Below are positions 28,407-41,915 of a stretch of 64,000 nt of DNA, piece by piece. The position numbers and the translations under genes were made by a program. Source of the DNA: Hormiphora californensis (Eukaryota; Animalia; Ctenophora); contig CM035359.1 in assembly GCA_020137815.1 (NCBI GenBank), positions 1,612,001 to 1,676,000 of the forward strand. Reading direction: 5' to 3'. The notes below the pieces were generated by a model. The model saw only the letters and a list, made by a program, of their open reading frames with translations, was not told the origin of the DNA and made no database searches. Each line of letters begins with the position of its first letter. The stretch's first letter is position 1.

Positions 28407-29281
28407 TATAGGTATACTAGAAAGCCCATTGAAGTCCTACAACACCCCCCCCCCCCCCCCAACCCGTCTCTATGCCCCCCCCCCTCTCACTCTTTGTCTC
28501 TCCATGCCGGGGTAAAGAATACGGAGGTTGGTAGTGGTAGAGCGCTGGTGATAAACATCAAGGGAAATCCCGCTGAATAACATGTCGAATCAGGTGGATA
28601 AAGATCCGTAGAATTGTAGCTGTGTAGAGAATCAACGGGGTACGTAGGTAGAATGGCTTTGGCAATCATGGCGGCCCCAGCAGTAGATCCCAAAACGCCA
28701 CAGGAACGACACAGGAACACGCAACAAACAACCAAAAACATGCACGTGCAGTATCCCTCCTCCAATACCCCTCCCAAGCCACCTCCTTGGCAACCCCCTC
28801 TATTTGCATGTGATGATAGGACATCATCACCTTCACGACGTTCATTTGTACTTTATAGGTATACTAGAAAGCCCATAGTTAAGTCCTACAACAGCCCCCC
28901 CCCCCACCCGTCTCTATGTCCCCCCCTTACTCTTCGTCTCTCCATGTCGGGGTAAAGAATACGGAGGTTGGTAGTGGTAGAGCGCTGGTGGGAAATCCCG
29001 CTGAATAACATGTAGAAACAGGTGATAAAGATCCGTAGAATTGTAGCTGTGTAGAGAATCAACGGGGTACGTAGGTAGAAAGGCTTTGGCAATCATGGCG
29101 GTAGATCCCAAAACACCACGAAACACCACAGGAACACGCAACAAACAACAAACAACATGCACGTGCAGTATCCCCCAAAATCTCCAATACCCCTCCCAAG
29201 CCACCTCCTTGGCAACCCCCCACCATTTGCACGTGATGATAGGACATCATACTCCTCACGACGTTCATTTGTACTTTATAA
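28407..29281. repeat. Tandem direct duplication of a ~440-bp unit
   Basis: Units start tataggtatactagaaagccca at ~28407 and ~28854 and align throughout with small indels. Confidence 0.85.
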
Positions 29282-29520
29282 TATAGATTAAAACAGGAGG
29301 TCCGATCTTTATATGAATGTTGGGCGTTGGCATATATGTTGCAGGCCCGTTGCATGCCAGAGAGGCCTGTAGCGTATGCCAATTGTGTTGGAAAAGCTAA
29401 TGCCCCAAAATATCGACATATTTTTCCGTATTCTTCCGATTTATTAAATTGAAATTTCCGTCAGCCTTTTCACCAGCCTCACCCCATTAAGAAATTCTTC
29501 TCAAATGCATATATTTTCAG

Positions 29521-30320
29521 GTCCGTACATGTGCTACTTTACCGCATTCCTGGGGACGATGCCCTTTGTCGTTGAGATCTTCATCCTCGTGTCTCTGGCA
29601 TGCTACCGGGTCTGCGTCCTCAACCGATCCTCTACTATCAATGTCGGATCAGCGGATATAAAAGCGGACAAATACCGGATCCTGGTGAACCTGATTTGGA
29701 TTCTCGGAATATGCTACAGCTTCATCCTCATGTTTGGGATATCCGATAATCTGGCAGTGTACCTGCCGGAACGGTTCCGGTGCGGTCCCAGTAACTTCAG
29801 TAACCCCCAGTACCGGGTGGCCAACACTGTGTTGGTGTTTTGTGTCATACTCCTTCCGATGGTTGTCATAGTAACCGCCAACCTGTACATTCTCGGCAAA
29901 TTGACTGTGTTCAGAGTGAAACGCGAGATGGCCCTAAAAGGCAGTACAAATGTATTTCAGTTCCTATTGGATAAGATTGGGAAACAGAGACATGACAGGC
30001 GGACTAACAGTCAAGTGACATGCCCGAATACAGGGAACACCGTCCTCACCATTACCCTCATATGTTTTGTGTTTGTAGCCTCTTACACTCCCCTCATGGT
30101 GTCCATCGTTCTACGGAACCTGAAAATACCAATACCGGGGTGGTATGACATCTTCTTCACACATTGTCTCTCCCTGAACATTACTTTCAATCCTCTCATC
30201 TACGCAGCAACAAACAAACGATTCAGGCAGTACATGATTGAGAAATTAAGGATTGATTCCTCGGAATACTACGAGGAACCACTTCCGAGAATGAGGCCCA
30301 TTCCAGCGATGGCTGTGTGA
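29521..30320 (+). CDS. Rhodopsin-class GPCR, terminal exon (TM3-TM7)
   Basis: Acceptor ttttcag at 29520, LACYRV (DRY-like), TM5 LLPMVVIVTANLYI, TM6 FVASYTP, TM7 FNPLIYAATNKRFR. The upstream TM1-2 exon(s) were not identified. Confidence 0.8.
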
Positions 30321-30353
30321 ATTTACTAAATCACAACAGTAAAACTTAATTTG

Positions 30354-31051
30354 TGCACGAATTATACATAGGCAGTATAATATTTGCCTGGCTAGACTGT
30401 GTTTCGGGCGGGAGGGTTAGAACATAACAACAGTATTATATATCGAAAAATACTGAAAGACTACATTAAAATTAAAAAGTACTAGCAAAACTGGGGCGAT
30501 CGTACCGATCGCAAATCGAGGGGTCTGTTTTTCTCTCTGCCTGTCTGCTATATGCTATGTTAAGGAGTTTACCCTCCCGAACCCGAAGCCACCTATAATG
30601 CGAACCTGTCCTGTGGTCAGTTCCTGATGGTGGGGGAGGGGAGGGGGGCTATTCTCCTAGTGCCGGCGATATCGCATTGCGATAGTCCCCTGTGGGCTTG
30701 CCGTTGGCAAGCCCAGGCACTCCGTAGATAGATAGATATGCTATGTGATGTGATCCCTCTCTTTTTCTCTCTTTCTCTCTCTTTTATACATGTGATGTGA
30801 CCCCTCAAGTCGCAAGCAGTTCTCAACACGTGTGATACGTGATACCTACGAATCACGTCGTCACACTGACGGATCATGTCGTCACGCTGACGGATCACGT
30901 CGTCACATTGACGGATCACGTCGTCACATTGACGATAGGGTGTCACATTTCCGTGCAAATTTGCATTAGATATAGTTAGATAATAGTGAACAATTTAATG
31001 CGTAAATATGGACATAATGTTTCCCAATCCTGCCTATGTATAATTCGTGCA
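30354..31051. mobile_element. TIR element just downstream of the GPCR stop codon
   Basis: 22-bp inverted repeat tgcacgaattatacataggcag/ctgcctatgtataattcgtgca. No TSD resolved. Confidence 0.55.
30482..30980 (-). mobile_element. Non-autonomous Helitron nested in 30354-31051
   Basis: Minus strand A|TCTAACTATATCTAATGC ... hairpin gcgatcggtacgatcgc ... CTAG|T. Carries a 21-bp tandem repeat (gatcacgtcgtcacactgacg x~4, ~30850-30934). Confidence 0.65.
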
Positions 31052-32050
31052 GGCTGCATTGAAATATATAAAGCAAACGGGAACCTGTTCAGAATTCTGC
31101 AGAATCTTCATACAAATTATACAATGAATCGAATGCTGTGAATATAAATGTAACCAGCTTGAGCTAGTTTCTCTAACTTGCTGAAAAAATGGTTTCTTAA
31201 ATTTATTTCATGCAAAGATTTATTGTTCTAACACAGAGCGCACAGAAAAAGCTAGGCAAAAGATTTAGTTAAGTGGTGTGTGAAATTTTAACCGTTGTTG
31301 TAAATCTTTTTTATGATAGGTACATGGCGAATTCTAATGCAGCCAAATTTTGAAAAAAAGTTTTCACAAAAAATTGAAATCATAAAGAATAATACAGTCG
31401 GACCCCAATTTACCGGGATGCTCGGGGAAAAGTTTGTGTCTTTGCGGAGTTCCGGTAAATCGGGGTTCTGTAAATTAAATCAGTAAATCGGGGTCCGATT
31501 GTATGTTGCCCGGGAAGTGGGCAAGCCTCGTACAGGGGATCGCCCTTCAGGCACGCGAACATGAGGGTCGCGACGTGCCCAAGACTGTATGACGTTTTTC
31601 TACAATCCGTTAAGGGTCGAACAAGGCAAAATTGTATAGAAGCAGAACCGTTTCACAGTCATCGTTTCTGGTAATTTGGTAATTTCCTAATACACTACTA
31701 TAAGCAACTAACTATTAGAAGCAGAACTATATCTGGCAACGTGGGGCCGGGCTAATGATTCCCTGCAACAAGGGTAATGGGTATACAGTTTTATAATACA
31801 CTGATCAAGGTGGTAACAAGCAACAAATAAGCTGAAAATGATCTGGATCAGACACGATCGGAATTCATGAGTGTCGCCATATTATAAGATATTTATAATA
31901 ATACTTCTAGGAACCAGCGCTAACGTCTGCCACAGCATTTATACACATTTTACGTTTATTGCTGTACAAACTGAACCAAGTAATGCAAATTACAATTCTC
32001 CAGTTAGGCAGTTAAACTTTCAGCGAAAATGATTGCTTCATGAAGTTATA

Positions 32051-32326
32051 GGCGGAAAACAGCCGTACTGAACTGAACTCCAGTTCGACGGCTACTTACT
32101 GAGAAAAATACTGGAGTTCGCGCACCAGTACGGCTATTTACTGAACTGACCTCGAAACCATCGCGCGCTGGACGAGTTCTCTCAGTTCACAAATTTGAGA
32201 ACTGAGAGATCTGGTGTACTCGAGTACTCGAGTACTTACTGGAGTTCTTCCAGTTTTAACAGGTGATTGATAACAATGTTGCAAACGCGAGAGTGAGAGA
32301 TACTGAGATAGTAAGGGAGAAAGAGA

Positions 32327-32414
<88 letters not shown>

Positions 32415-33059
32415 AGGAAAGAGAGAGAGAGAGAGAGAGAGGAGAGAGTGACAGGTCGAGAGAAAAGAATGTGCTGTATGATTAAGGTAGGTTAGTAAAG
32501 ATATCGGGATTGTTAAAAAGATAACAAGACAGAGAGAAGCGAGATCAGAGATAAAACAGAAGGGCGTGAGAGAAAGCGACAGGGAGGGGGCGAGAGAGAG
32601 GGATCGAGAGAGAGAGTGAGAGAGCAAGAGAGGAGATATATATATAAGAGAGAGAGGAGAGAGTAAGTAGAGAGAGAAGAGAGAGAGTAGAGATAGAAGA
32701 GAGAGAAGAGACAAGAGAAGAGTAGAGAGAGAGTAGATAGAGAGATAGCGAGAGACCTCTATCGTATCTATATATAATATCTCTCTCATATAGCGTACTA
32801 CTCTCTCCTACTTCTTCTCTCTCTCTATCTCTCGTCTCTCTCTCTCTCGTCTCTCTCTCTCTCTCGAGAGAGAGAGAGAACGTGCTTGCGTGCTGCTAAG
32901 GTTTGGATGTTTGATTGTGGGAATTGTAAGATGGAGAAAACAGCGATTACACTCGAGTTTCGAGTACAGTACGGCTGTTCACTGAAAATAACTGAATCAG
33001 TTTTCCTTCAGTAAGTAGTCGGCGTACTGGAGTTCAGTTCAGTACGGCTGTTTTCCGCC
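32051..33059. mobile_element. TIR element enclosing a (GA)n tract
   Basis: ggcggaaaacagccgtactgaactgaactccagt/actggagttcagttcagtacggctgttttccgcc inverted termini. Confidence 0.7.
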
Positions 33060-33472
33060 AAAAGCTAAACAGACTGATTAAACTTGATCATGATCAAGAT
33101 CTTTGTCATGTCACATGTAGACAGACTTTATTGGACAAAAATACAGCTATAGTTTAGTGATGAGACTAGGCCAGGCCCGAGAGACTGTTCAGTGGTAACT
33201 GGGAGTGTGAGGTCATTTGCGCTGGAAATGAGAACTTGAGACAGATTCGAGTTGCATTTTTGTGAGGAGAAGAGCCCATTTTGGCGTCTGAGACGAGCGA
33301 AAGTGAAACGAATTACAATGCAACAAGAGATTCTGATCAAGGTGTTAACAAGTAGCAAATAAGGTGAAAATGATCGGGATCAGACACGAATTCAAAACAT
33401 TAAACAGTGGTGCTTGTTATAGTGGAGATACGGTAATGGTGCGGATATCTTAATGGCGCGGACTTTGTGTAA

Positions 33473-33710
33473 GGGTCACCACACACCAAAGTTAAAATTA
33501 AAATTAAAATTTTGATTTTCAACCCGCACACACCAGCGGCCGTTAAAATTTCTCTCCCCCATTCTAAAAGTAACAATCTCGCGCGCGATTTTAACGGCGT
33601 GTTAAAATTTTGTCATCCAACGCGACCGTCAAAATCGTGCGTGAGATTGTTTAGAATGGGGAGAGAAATTTTAATTTAATTTTAATTTTAACTTTGGTGT
33701 GTGGTGACCC
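33473..33710. mobile_element. PIF/Harbinger MITE, TAA TSD
   Basis: TIR gggtcaccacacaccaaagttaaaattaaa, with TAA at 33470-33472 and 33711-33713. Confidence 0.8.
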
Positions 33711-35761
33711 TAACACGCGAGTGATTTTGTCAAAAAGCTGTTAAAAGTGTATTTGGTCAGCACGTCATAAGTCGTTGATTGGTTCCGCTTGCGTGTCGTT
33801 TTGAACTGATACCGTGAGTGTGTATCAGCACCCATCAGTATTAGAAGGAGATATCAAAATCACTTCCTTTATGGTTGTTGTATATCAACTAAACCAAGTC
33901 TAAAGAGTACAAATTATAATTCTTCAGTTAAACCTTTAGCGAAAACGATGAAGACGATCAATGTGTGTTTAAAAGCTGTTCGATTTAGTTTTATCTAGGT
34001 GTATACCTATATCAATGGAGACGGCTTCCAAGAAGAAGAAGAAGAATTAGAAGAAGATATTAGAGAACTAAACACTGCAAACACCTTATGCACTCTTGAG
34101 CAATGGGCACCCCTTTAAGTTTAAGCATAGTCTAAATCTGAGTCATACTAGAGGATTATTCCCAAGTCGGGAATCGGCATATAAAGAATATTAAATAGTT
34201 TAAGGACTTTAATAGCTAGGCCTAAATGATGATTCTTGGAATCTTGGCCATGGCGTCCGTATTTCTATCTTAAATTAGTCGTATATTTTACCTCGCTAAT
34301 TCGCTATAAAAAAGTTACTGTACTACTTTTACTGTACATACTAACTATACGTGTTCTCGTACATATATCTCGTAGCTTATAGTAAGACAGTTATATAGGA
34401 ATTAATATGTCTCTATGATAAGTGGTTTGGGAATGATTTATATTGGCACGGTATGTCGGTATATCGACATTAGACAGGCACGCTTTATCAAGACCCATAT
34501 ATTATTGATAGATCAGGCGAAGTATATCGTCCTCACCAGCACCATTGCCTCGGATAGCTTGTGTATTCGCGTATGGAAACATAATTACTATGGCCTATAG
34601 CAATATATTGCCAGGCCATAGTAATAATGTTTCCATTCCGTAAAAGAATTGAAATGAACTTACCTTGGTAGTACTAGTTAACCCCACAACGCGTGTTTCA
34701 AATACCAGCGGAAAAAATTGAGTTGTCGAAATTTGGACTGGCGAAATAATTTTTACGTAGAAACATCTTTGACTCACAGTCACAAGTATCAACCCACAGT
34801 CGACACACTAAACCGACGAAAACCGCGGTGCGATCACGGAGCACCAGTATCTCGTATGACCGTATAGACTTAGCACTGCCACTACGGTCATATGTTCTTC
34901 CAGCAAGACAATGGAAGCACATTCAATTCAAGCAGCCCGCGAGCCCAGTCAATGTAGTACTCATAGGGTAGAGGGTGAACCCTCTAGACGCAGCACTCAC
35001 AAACAAACGTCAAATGAACTATGAACGTTTGTAGACTGGCGCGTTATCAAGTTGGCTGTTCCCAGCGCGAGCTGGGGACAGCCAACTGGAGTTTAATCGC
35101 CCGGCAGGGCGATTAAACTGGTTTAAATCCCGACGCCGATCCCGAGGCGCCAGCCGAGGGTGAGGGGGAGGTGATTTAAACCTATAACGCGATAGGCTAA
35201 CAAACGTTCATAGTTTATGAAACCCGATAGTAATTACACACAAATAAGAGACACAACACAAGGGGTAACACACAAGGACCACTGGCAAATAGTCAACAGA
35301 CACTCTCAAAATGTGTGTAGACTTAGTGTCTACTGTTCCTAACATGTTTGAGAAAGAGAGAGAAAGATTAGGGGCAAAACACACAGTGAGAGATATTGAA
35401 CAGTAAAAGAGAGAATGAGAGAGAGAAACGAATGGAATGCGACTATTTTGCCTCTTGATGAGAGAGATAACATTGAAAAGTGTTGCAGATGTGTTCCCCT
35501 CTCTGTTATTGACAGAACTGTGTGTTTACACACATTTTCATTACTTGGAAATTTACACGCATGTTATGGAAATGAAGAGAAACGCGTGAAAATGGGCACT
35601 GGTCTGATAAAGAGCGAGCAGGGTGTTAAATCCCCCATCTCGCAGTTAACGTGTGCGCGTAAAATGTTCAAACGACTGATAAATCAACTATCGGGTTTCA
35701 TACGCGTTTAAACGGTCGTTGTCATGGCACTGTAAGACGGTATAGGGAAATTCCCATCCCA

Positions 35762-36217
35762 ATGCTAATTCTGCACGTGCAAAATACTGATCGACTACTT
35801 GCTCACTCTTTCGTCATGGGTTTTGGCATTCCACGCAACCTCTCTTTTCCGGGTGTTCCCCTTTTCCCTATCCTACCGGCTCCTCCAAGATCTACGAGAC
35901 CCACTTCCCCCGGTACGTGGAGGCTAAACTCAAAACCCTCCAATATGGATACGTCTGACTCGGGATTGGATCAGACAAAGAGCGAGGGATCACTACGGAA
36001 ACTACGTCGTATTTCCAGCAAGCTCCTACAACGAGTTCGATCTTCAGGATCCACTTCTTCGATTGGAAGTCAAACTGAATCTGACGTGAAGGTGATTAGA
36101 GTTGCAGGAGCTGCTTCTACGATGTCCCTCCCGAAGCCTCCCTCTTCCCTTCTCAATACGACCATATCGGAATACCAAGTTATGCCTTCACCCCCTCCAT
36201 TGAGTGACTGCGAATGA
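35762..36217 (+). CDS. Hypothetical Ser/Pro-rich protein (possibly a last exon or small gene)
   Basis: 151-aa ORF, GC-richer than its flanks and followed by an AT-rich UTR-like region. No recognised domain. Confidence 0.35.
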   Translation: MLILHVQNTDRLLAHSFVMGFGIPRNLSFPGVPLFPILPAPPRSTRPTSPGTWRLNSKPSNMDTSDSGLDQTKSEGSLRKLRRISSKLLQRVRSSGSTSSIGSQTESDVKVIRVAGAASTMSLPKPPSSLLNTTISEYQVMPSPPPLSDCE

Positions 36218-36672
36218 TTCCCTCAAACTTAAATTGATTCAATGACTACAAACAAATAACTGAAATTAACTTAAACACAAAAATGTGTACTTTTGTATTA
36301 CAATTAAATTCACTGAAACAAATTTAAACAAATCGAAATACAGTTCATAGCAGTACGGGATTCTATACTAATTAGATACACATGTCAGAGATGTATGACC
36401 TTCACACGCTTAATTGCACTGCGGTGGCCATGATGATGTCGGCGTGGCCTTAAAAAACCAAGTAGTTGATATTAATTAACCGTTCTGATTTGAACTTCAG
36501 TACAATTTTTAGCTGCTCCAGTAATTAATTACGGCATTCTGTGGCATAGGGTTTTTTAGCGTCGACAAAATTAGCGTATCTCCCACACTTCAAGTGGCTC
36601 CTCTTTCGTCACTGCTGAGTAATTGCAGCTCAACTGTTGCAACAGTTATTAAAGAGTTATTGTTTGATTGTT

Positions 36673-36705
<33 letters not shown>

Positions 36706-36706
36706 T

Positions 36707-36827
<121 letters not shown>

Positions 36828-36913
36828 CTCATGTTCTTCTGAAGTTCATTTGTAGAAATTCTTCTTCTATTTAGAAACCTTCTTCTAATTCTATATTTCC
36901 ATTTCTGTATAAT

Positions 36914-39700
36914 TTATTTGTCCTTGTACTTAGCGTAGACCCTGGTAAACTTGCTCACAATAACAGTAACTGGCAGGGCTATGACGATCATCGAAAACAT
37001 CATACAGACGGAGGCTATCAACTTTCCTGGAAGAAGATAATGGATTTATTGGAGCACGCACGTATACAGTGTATAACCCGGATTTGGATAGAGCAAAACC
37101 GCCGTGATGTTTTAGCACAGTAAAAAAATCCGCAGGCTAATTGAAACCGAATGCAATTCTATTTTAATCAGTGTTACTTCGACTTTAATAATTTTCGGAG
37201 ACGGTCCCACTCCCAGTTGTCAAATTAGAGTCATATATGCGGGTCAGAAAAGAAAATGCAGTTGACTTCTCAACCTACCTATAGGAGTTTTGGGTACCAT
37301 GTCTCCGTAGCCAACAGTTGACATTGTGACCACTGCCCACCAGGAACTCTGAAAATAAAAACAAATTGTGGAGACCGCTCGGTATTAAGATAAGGCAAAC
37401 CTTTTTGGGGGAAACCTATCCGCCGGGTTTGGGGTTGCTCGGAGGAAAAGGGTTTTGCGCGGTAAATCGTAGCTTTTTGTATATACCTGGGGGAGGGGGA
37501 TTGAATACCTGTAAAATGGATGTAAACTCGCTCTCTTCATCGTACTCCAGGTAGTACATGATGGACCCGAAGATAATCACCCCAATGAACCAGAAGAAAA
37601 GGAGCAGAGCGAGTTCATTAACACTTGCCGCCAGGGTCTTTGTAACGATGATGATCCCCTTGCTGTGCCGGGCTAGTTTCAGTACTCGTATAACACGGAG
37701 AACACGAAGGACCACCAAGGCTTGGGCACTTTCGTTTTCCGCTGTTGAGATAGGGGAGATTCAGTTATTTGAATGATGAGAGTTTTACGATCCAACAAAG
37801 CAACAAGCTATGGGATTTCGCTTGTATCTGAGGCTCTGATGCCTATGATAGTTGCCATGGTGACGGTACATAATGTTTGGTAATGAAATTCCCCCTCTGC
37901 GCTAACTCAATATGCAATAATAGGGGTGACTTCGTAACCAAACATAATGTATACCTGAGAGCTGTATGTAGTAGGGTATGATTGTAACAAAATCTATCCA
38001 ATTCATGGCCGTCCTCAGAAAGAGAACCTTTTCCGGGCAGGATATGAACCTCGCAATGAAGCTCTATGGTAAAGAAGATGATGCAACTCGTCTCGATGAT
38101 GAAGAATGTAACTTGTAACTTGTTGGTGGTTTTCGATTCGATATCCTGCCTTTATGGCAGGAATGGTTTCCACAATAAACATGGCAACTGCGATGGTAAT
38201 GGCCACTACGTCGAGCACAGCCCAGACTCGGGCTGCCTTGGAAGAGTCAGGTTCTTCGAAGAAATCCCATACTCGTTGAAGGGCGGACTTTTTTGTCGTT
38301 TCAGTCACCTTCTTCTCGTCATCATCAACGTTATCCACAAACCTAGGGGAGAATTTTATTAATATGGGAAATCATGAATCTTATGAATCTTTCTGCACAA
38401 TGTCCAACATGCTTCTCTACCTCATATAATGGTCCTCATGTGTCTAATGCAGAAAGGATATTGCGAAATCATGCATGATCATGTTGCTTGTCGTCAAGGT
38501 TTCCTAGAACCTAGTAGTAGTAGTAATAGGGTGGGGTGTAAATATACCTCTTGTAGTGGTTTTCCAGTTTAAAAAATCGAACTTCCTCTAGAAACTGCTC
38601 CTCGGCTACGCAGGTGGGCCGGTAGAATTTGCCCTGGCTTTGGTAGAAATACAAAATCGAACTGAAATTGATATATTTTAGGATTTTCTCATGATGGTTA
38701 TACTTGTCTCGTTCGACCCTCCCCACGCCCCGTAACAAGGTTATACAGTCAAACCTTGACTTACCGACCTCCTTGGGGGAAGGCGTTTTGGACAGTAAGT
38801 CGAGTAAATCGAGGTCCGGTAAAGTTTGACTGAAGACGGTTGTCAAATTCGCGAAAAAGACTTTTTGATTTCCCAAGCCCATTACTTCAATTATCTAAAC
38901 TATTTTTGTTGCCATGGTAACCTGAAGATGAGCCTGTTTCGTTCAAGAAAGTACTCAGCCCGGTCCTCTAGAAAATATTTTTGTCTGTAGGTCTCAGATC
39001 CAAGAAGAGTGTTCGGGTACCTTTAACAGGGAAAAGAAGGGACGTCAAGATACAGTGTATCATGATATTTCATAAACGAATCGAAAACAAAACGACTTCA
39101 AACTCGAACTGCACCATTATCCTTATTATGAGTAGCTATTGCTCGAATTGGTCATTGCACCATAAGCTATAAATTATACAAGTAAAACAAGGAAGTTTTA
39201 GTTCAACTTCCTTGTTTTACTTGTAAATAACTCCTCGCAACCGTGAGTAGAGCACTCTCCGGGACAAAGATCATCAACAAAACATAAGCTATAAATACTA
39301 ACCTGTCTAGGGTATCTTTTGATACTTCAAAGTATCCTCCACTGACATTCAGTCTGACAATATTATGGGGAGTCACCAGAGAAACGTTGGAGCCACTCTT
39401 AAACAATCCATTCTCCGTCTCAATCGTACCAGGGACGGCAGGGACCGTGAGCTGCGGAAGGTGGTAATTAATGAGACACCTTCATCGGCCAGATACCTAG
39501 GTATATTTCCAAGGCATACCCTCCCCCCTAAGGTCAGGAATTGATCAGCCTTTTTGCCCCCCATCCCCTTAACTAAAATCCTTACAAAAGGCCCAGAGGT
39601 CCGCGAAAAGGGGGCACTTTGGGCTCTTCTCCGGAGAATGAGTGGTGAAGTGACAGGTGAGGCGTCGGGCGAGCACAGTTCTGCTGGGTGAAACATAACA
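36914..39700 (-). CDS. Shaker-family voltage-gated K+ channel alpha or regulatory subunit
   Basis: Exons encode T1 (IVRLNVSGGYFEVSKDTLDR|YPNTLLG...EYFLERNR...SILYFYQSQGKFYRP), S1 (VWDFFEEPDSSKAAR), S2-S3 (IETSCIIFFTIE...MNWIDFVTIIPYY), S4 (LRVLRVIRVLKLARHSKG), pore (WWAVVTMSTVGYGD, ~37280-37349) and S6 (36914-37026). Two apparent +1 insertions at ~38150 and ~38061. Further 5' exons possibly extend to an ATG at 42759. Confidence 0.85.
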
Positions 39701-40700
39701 AATATATTGACTACACAGATGTGACATATATCGAATCGATAGTACGGTCTCTCTCTCCTACTCTCTTATCTCTCTCCCTCCCTCTATTTCTCTCTCCTAC
39801 TCTCTGCTCTCTGATCTCTCTCTATCTCTCTCTCTCTCTGATCTCTCTCCCTCTCTATCTCCCTCTCTCTATCTCTATCTCTCTCTCTTCCTCGCTCTCT
39901 GTCTCTTTATCTCAACTGACAGGTGTCATATCCGATATATTTGCACCGGACACACAAGCAGGAACTTTTAAGGAGAGGATAAATACTGTAAGGGGAGCTG
40001 GCAGGCTATGGCTTGATTCTGTACTTCCTCTTGACCTATATATACAAAAGTAAATACATATTTCCATATTGTTGACTAATTTTTAATTTTCTAAAATTTC
40101 AACTGATTCACCTCCTTGTTAATCCCACAGGTTCAAGTGTTTCCACTGCAATGTATATTGTACAATGTATAATGTATATTGTATTACCTTTATAGGAGGT
40201 TTTTCCTGCAGGTGGTTCTCATTGTTGGCAACTATTGGCTCTGTCACTTGCTTTGGAAGAACTGGCGATCTTGAATCTAACTGAGAGGATATAAAATGGT
40301 AAGTTAAATATTTTAAAGTTTACCCTTCCTCTGTCAGCGAGATGACCACTCGCGAAGCGTGCAAGAAAGGGTCAGTGCGATGCCTGACAGGTCGACTCAA
40401 TCTCACAAAAACATCTCCAAAAAAACTTGTATGTATTTTTCATTTTCAAATACAAACCGAGGACCATGACGTCCTTTTTGGCCGAACACTGACAAGGCCT
40501 GTTTTGTGTTCAGATGGATTCGGCTTGGCGGGTCTTCTAGGACTGTACTGTTCTATAAGACAGTCTTCAAGATCCATCCCGTTAGGTCTGGAGCTGGAGA
40601 TGATGATATTCATATCCTAAAATTTATGCTCCATCGACCATCTGTTGATGAGAATAATATTGTATGGTAAATCTTTACACGTACCACAAGATCTTGCAAG

Positions 40701-41082
40701 ACCAACGTTAAAATTAAAATTAAAATTTGACGTTTTTGGTCATAACTCTACCATTTCTTGGCAAAATTGCTTCATTTTGGGCTTGTTGGAAAGAGGGCAT
40801 CGAGCCCGTTCTGAACAGCCCAAAAAACTTGAAATCCGCGCAAAGTGCGCGGCGTTACAGTGAAAAATGTGTGCGTTAAGATTTTAAAATTTTAACACGC
40901 GCATTATGAGCCTTAACGCCGCACACTTTGCGCCGATTTTAAGTTTCTTGAGCTCTTCAGAACGGACTCGATGCCCTCTTTCCAAAAAGCCTAAAGTGAA
41001 GCAATTTTGCCAAGAAATGACAGAGTTATGACCAAAAACGTCAAATTTTAATTTTAATTTTAACGTTGGTGTGTGCTGACCC
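40701..41082. mobile_element. Palindromic Harbinger-type MITE, left end truncated
   Basis: The right end ...aacgttggtgtgtgctgaccc resembles the TIR of 33473-33710. Arms of ~160 bp. Confidence 0.65.
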
Positions 41083-41634
41083 ATAGACATAGCCAAATGG
41101 CAAAATGCAAACTTAGTAATAGTGGGAGTATAATATTGCTTGAGTACTATTTTTTATTTATTTCCCGGAGGTTCAGACACGACTGTTCATGTTTTCCTCC
41201 CTATAATACTTGGTCTTTCGGGAAAATATTGAACTTAGTACCCCGTGTTATACTGGTAGGCAGTAGCAGAGTTAAAATTCAAATATAGGCACACAGAGGA
41301 CTTTATAGCTCAAATACATTGTTTGGCAGCCAGTGGGATCGGAAGTGGGCGGTAACAAAGGAATAGCTCAAATACAGAACAGCTTTACTATTTGAGACAG
41401 CTAATGACCCCTCTCTATAATTGCCCTCTCTTTCTCTCTCTCTCTTTCTCTTTTCAATCTTTCTCTCTCTATCTCTCCCTCTGAGTTGAAATAAACCGGC
41501 CTTTACAATAACTGTTATCGGTCTCAAGACGTTGGTATTACCAATGGTAAAGCTTAGGTCGTTAACTTAAGTTAATAGTTTTAATCGCTGCAAAGTGTTT
41601 GCAGTTCTTAAGGTCTTATAAGGACGTAGTTTGT

Positions 41635-41915
41635 AACTAGACCAAAAAACAAAGGAAGTTTGTTTGGAACACCCGTGGCCTTTTGTCGATACTTGACGCT
41701 GCGGGAAAAGCGGGAAAAGCACCCATAATCTGAGCGACTAGGTATCGCTGTGCCATGTATCTCCAAGTTCTAACACACGCACACTCTCTGAGAGAGTCTC
41801 TCTCTCACTCTTCCTCACGTCTTGCTCTGACGAAGGGTGCATTTCCCGCAGCGTCAAGTGTCGACAAAACGCCACGGGTGTTCCAAACAAATTCCCTTTG
41901 TTTTTTGGTCTAGTT
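41635..41915. repeat. Inverted repeat (~75-bp arms), probable MITE interior
   Basis: aactagaccaaaaaacaaagg...gacgctgcgggaaa and its reverse complement. Confidence 0.7.

Noticed and set aside
28324-29382. ORFs in the 440-bp tandem duplication as upstream GPCR exons
   Set aside because: Indels between the copies break the frames, and there is no TM1/TM2 signature on the plus strand.
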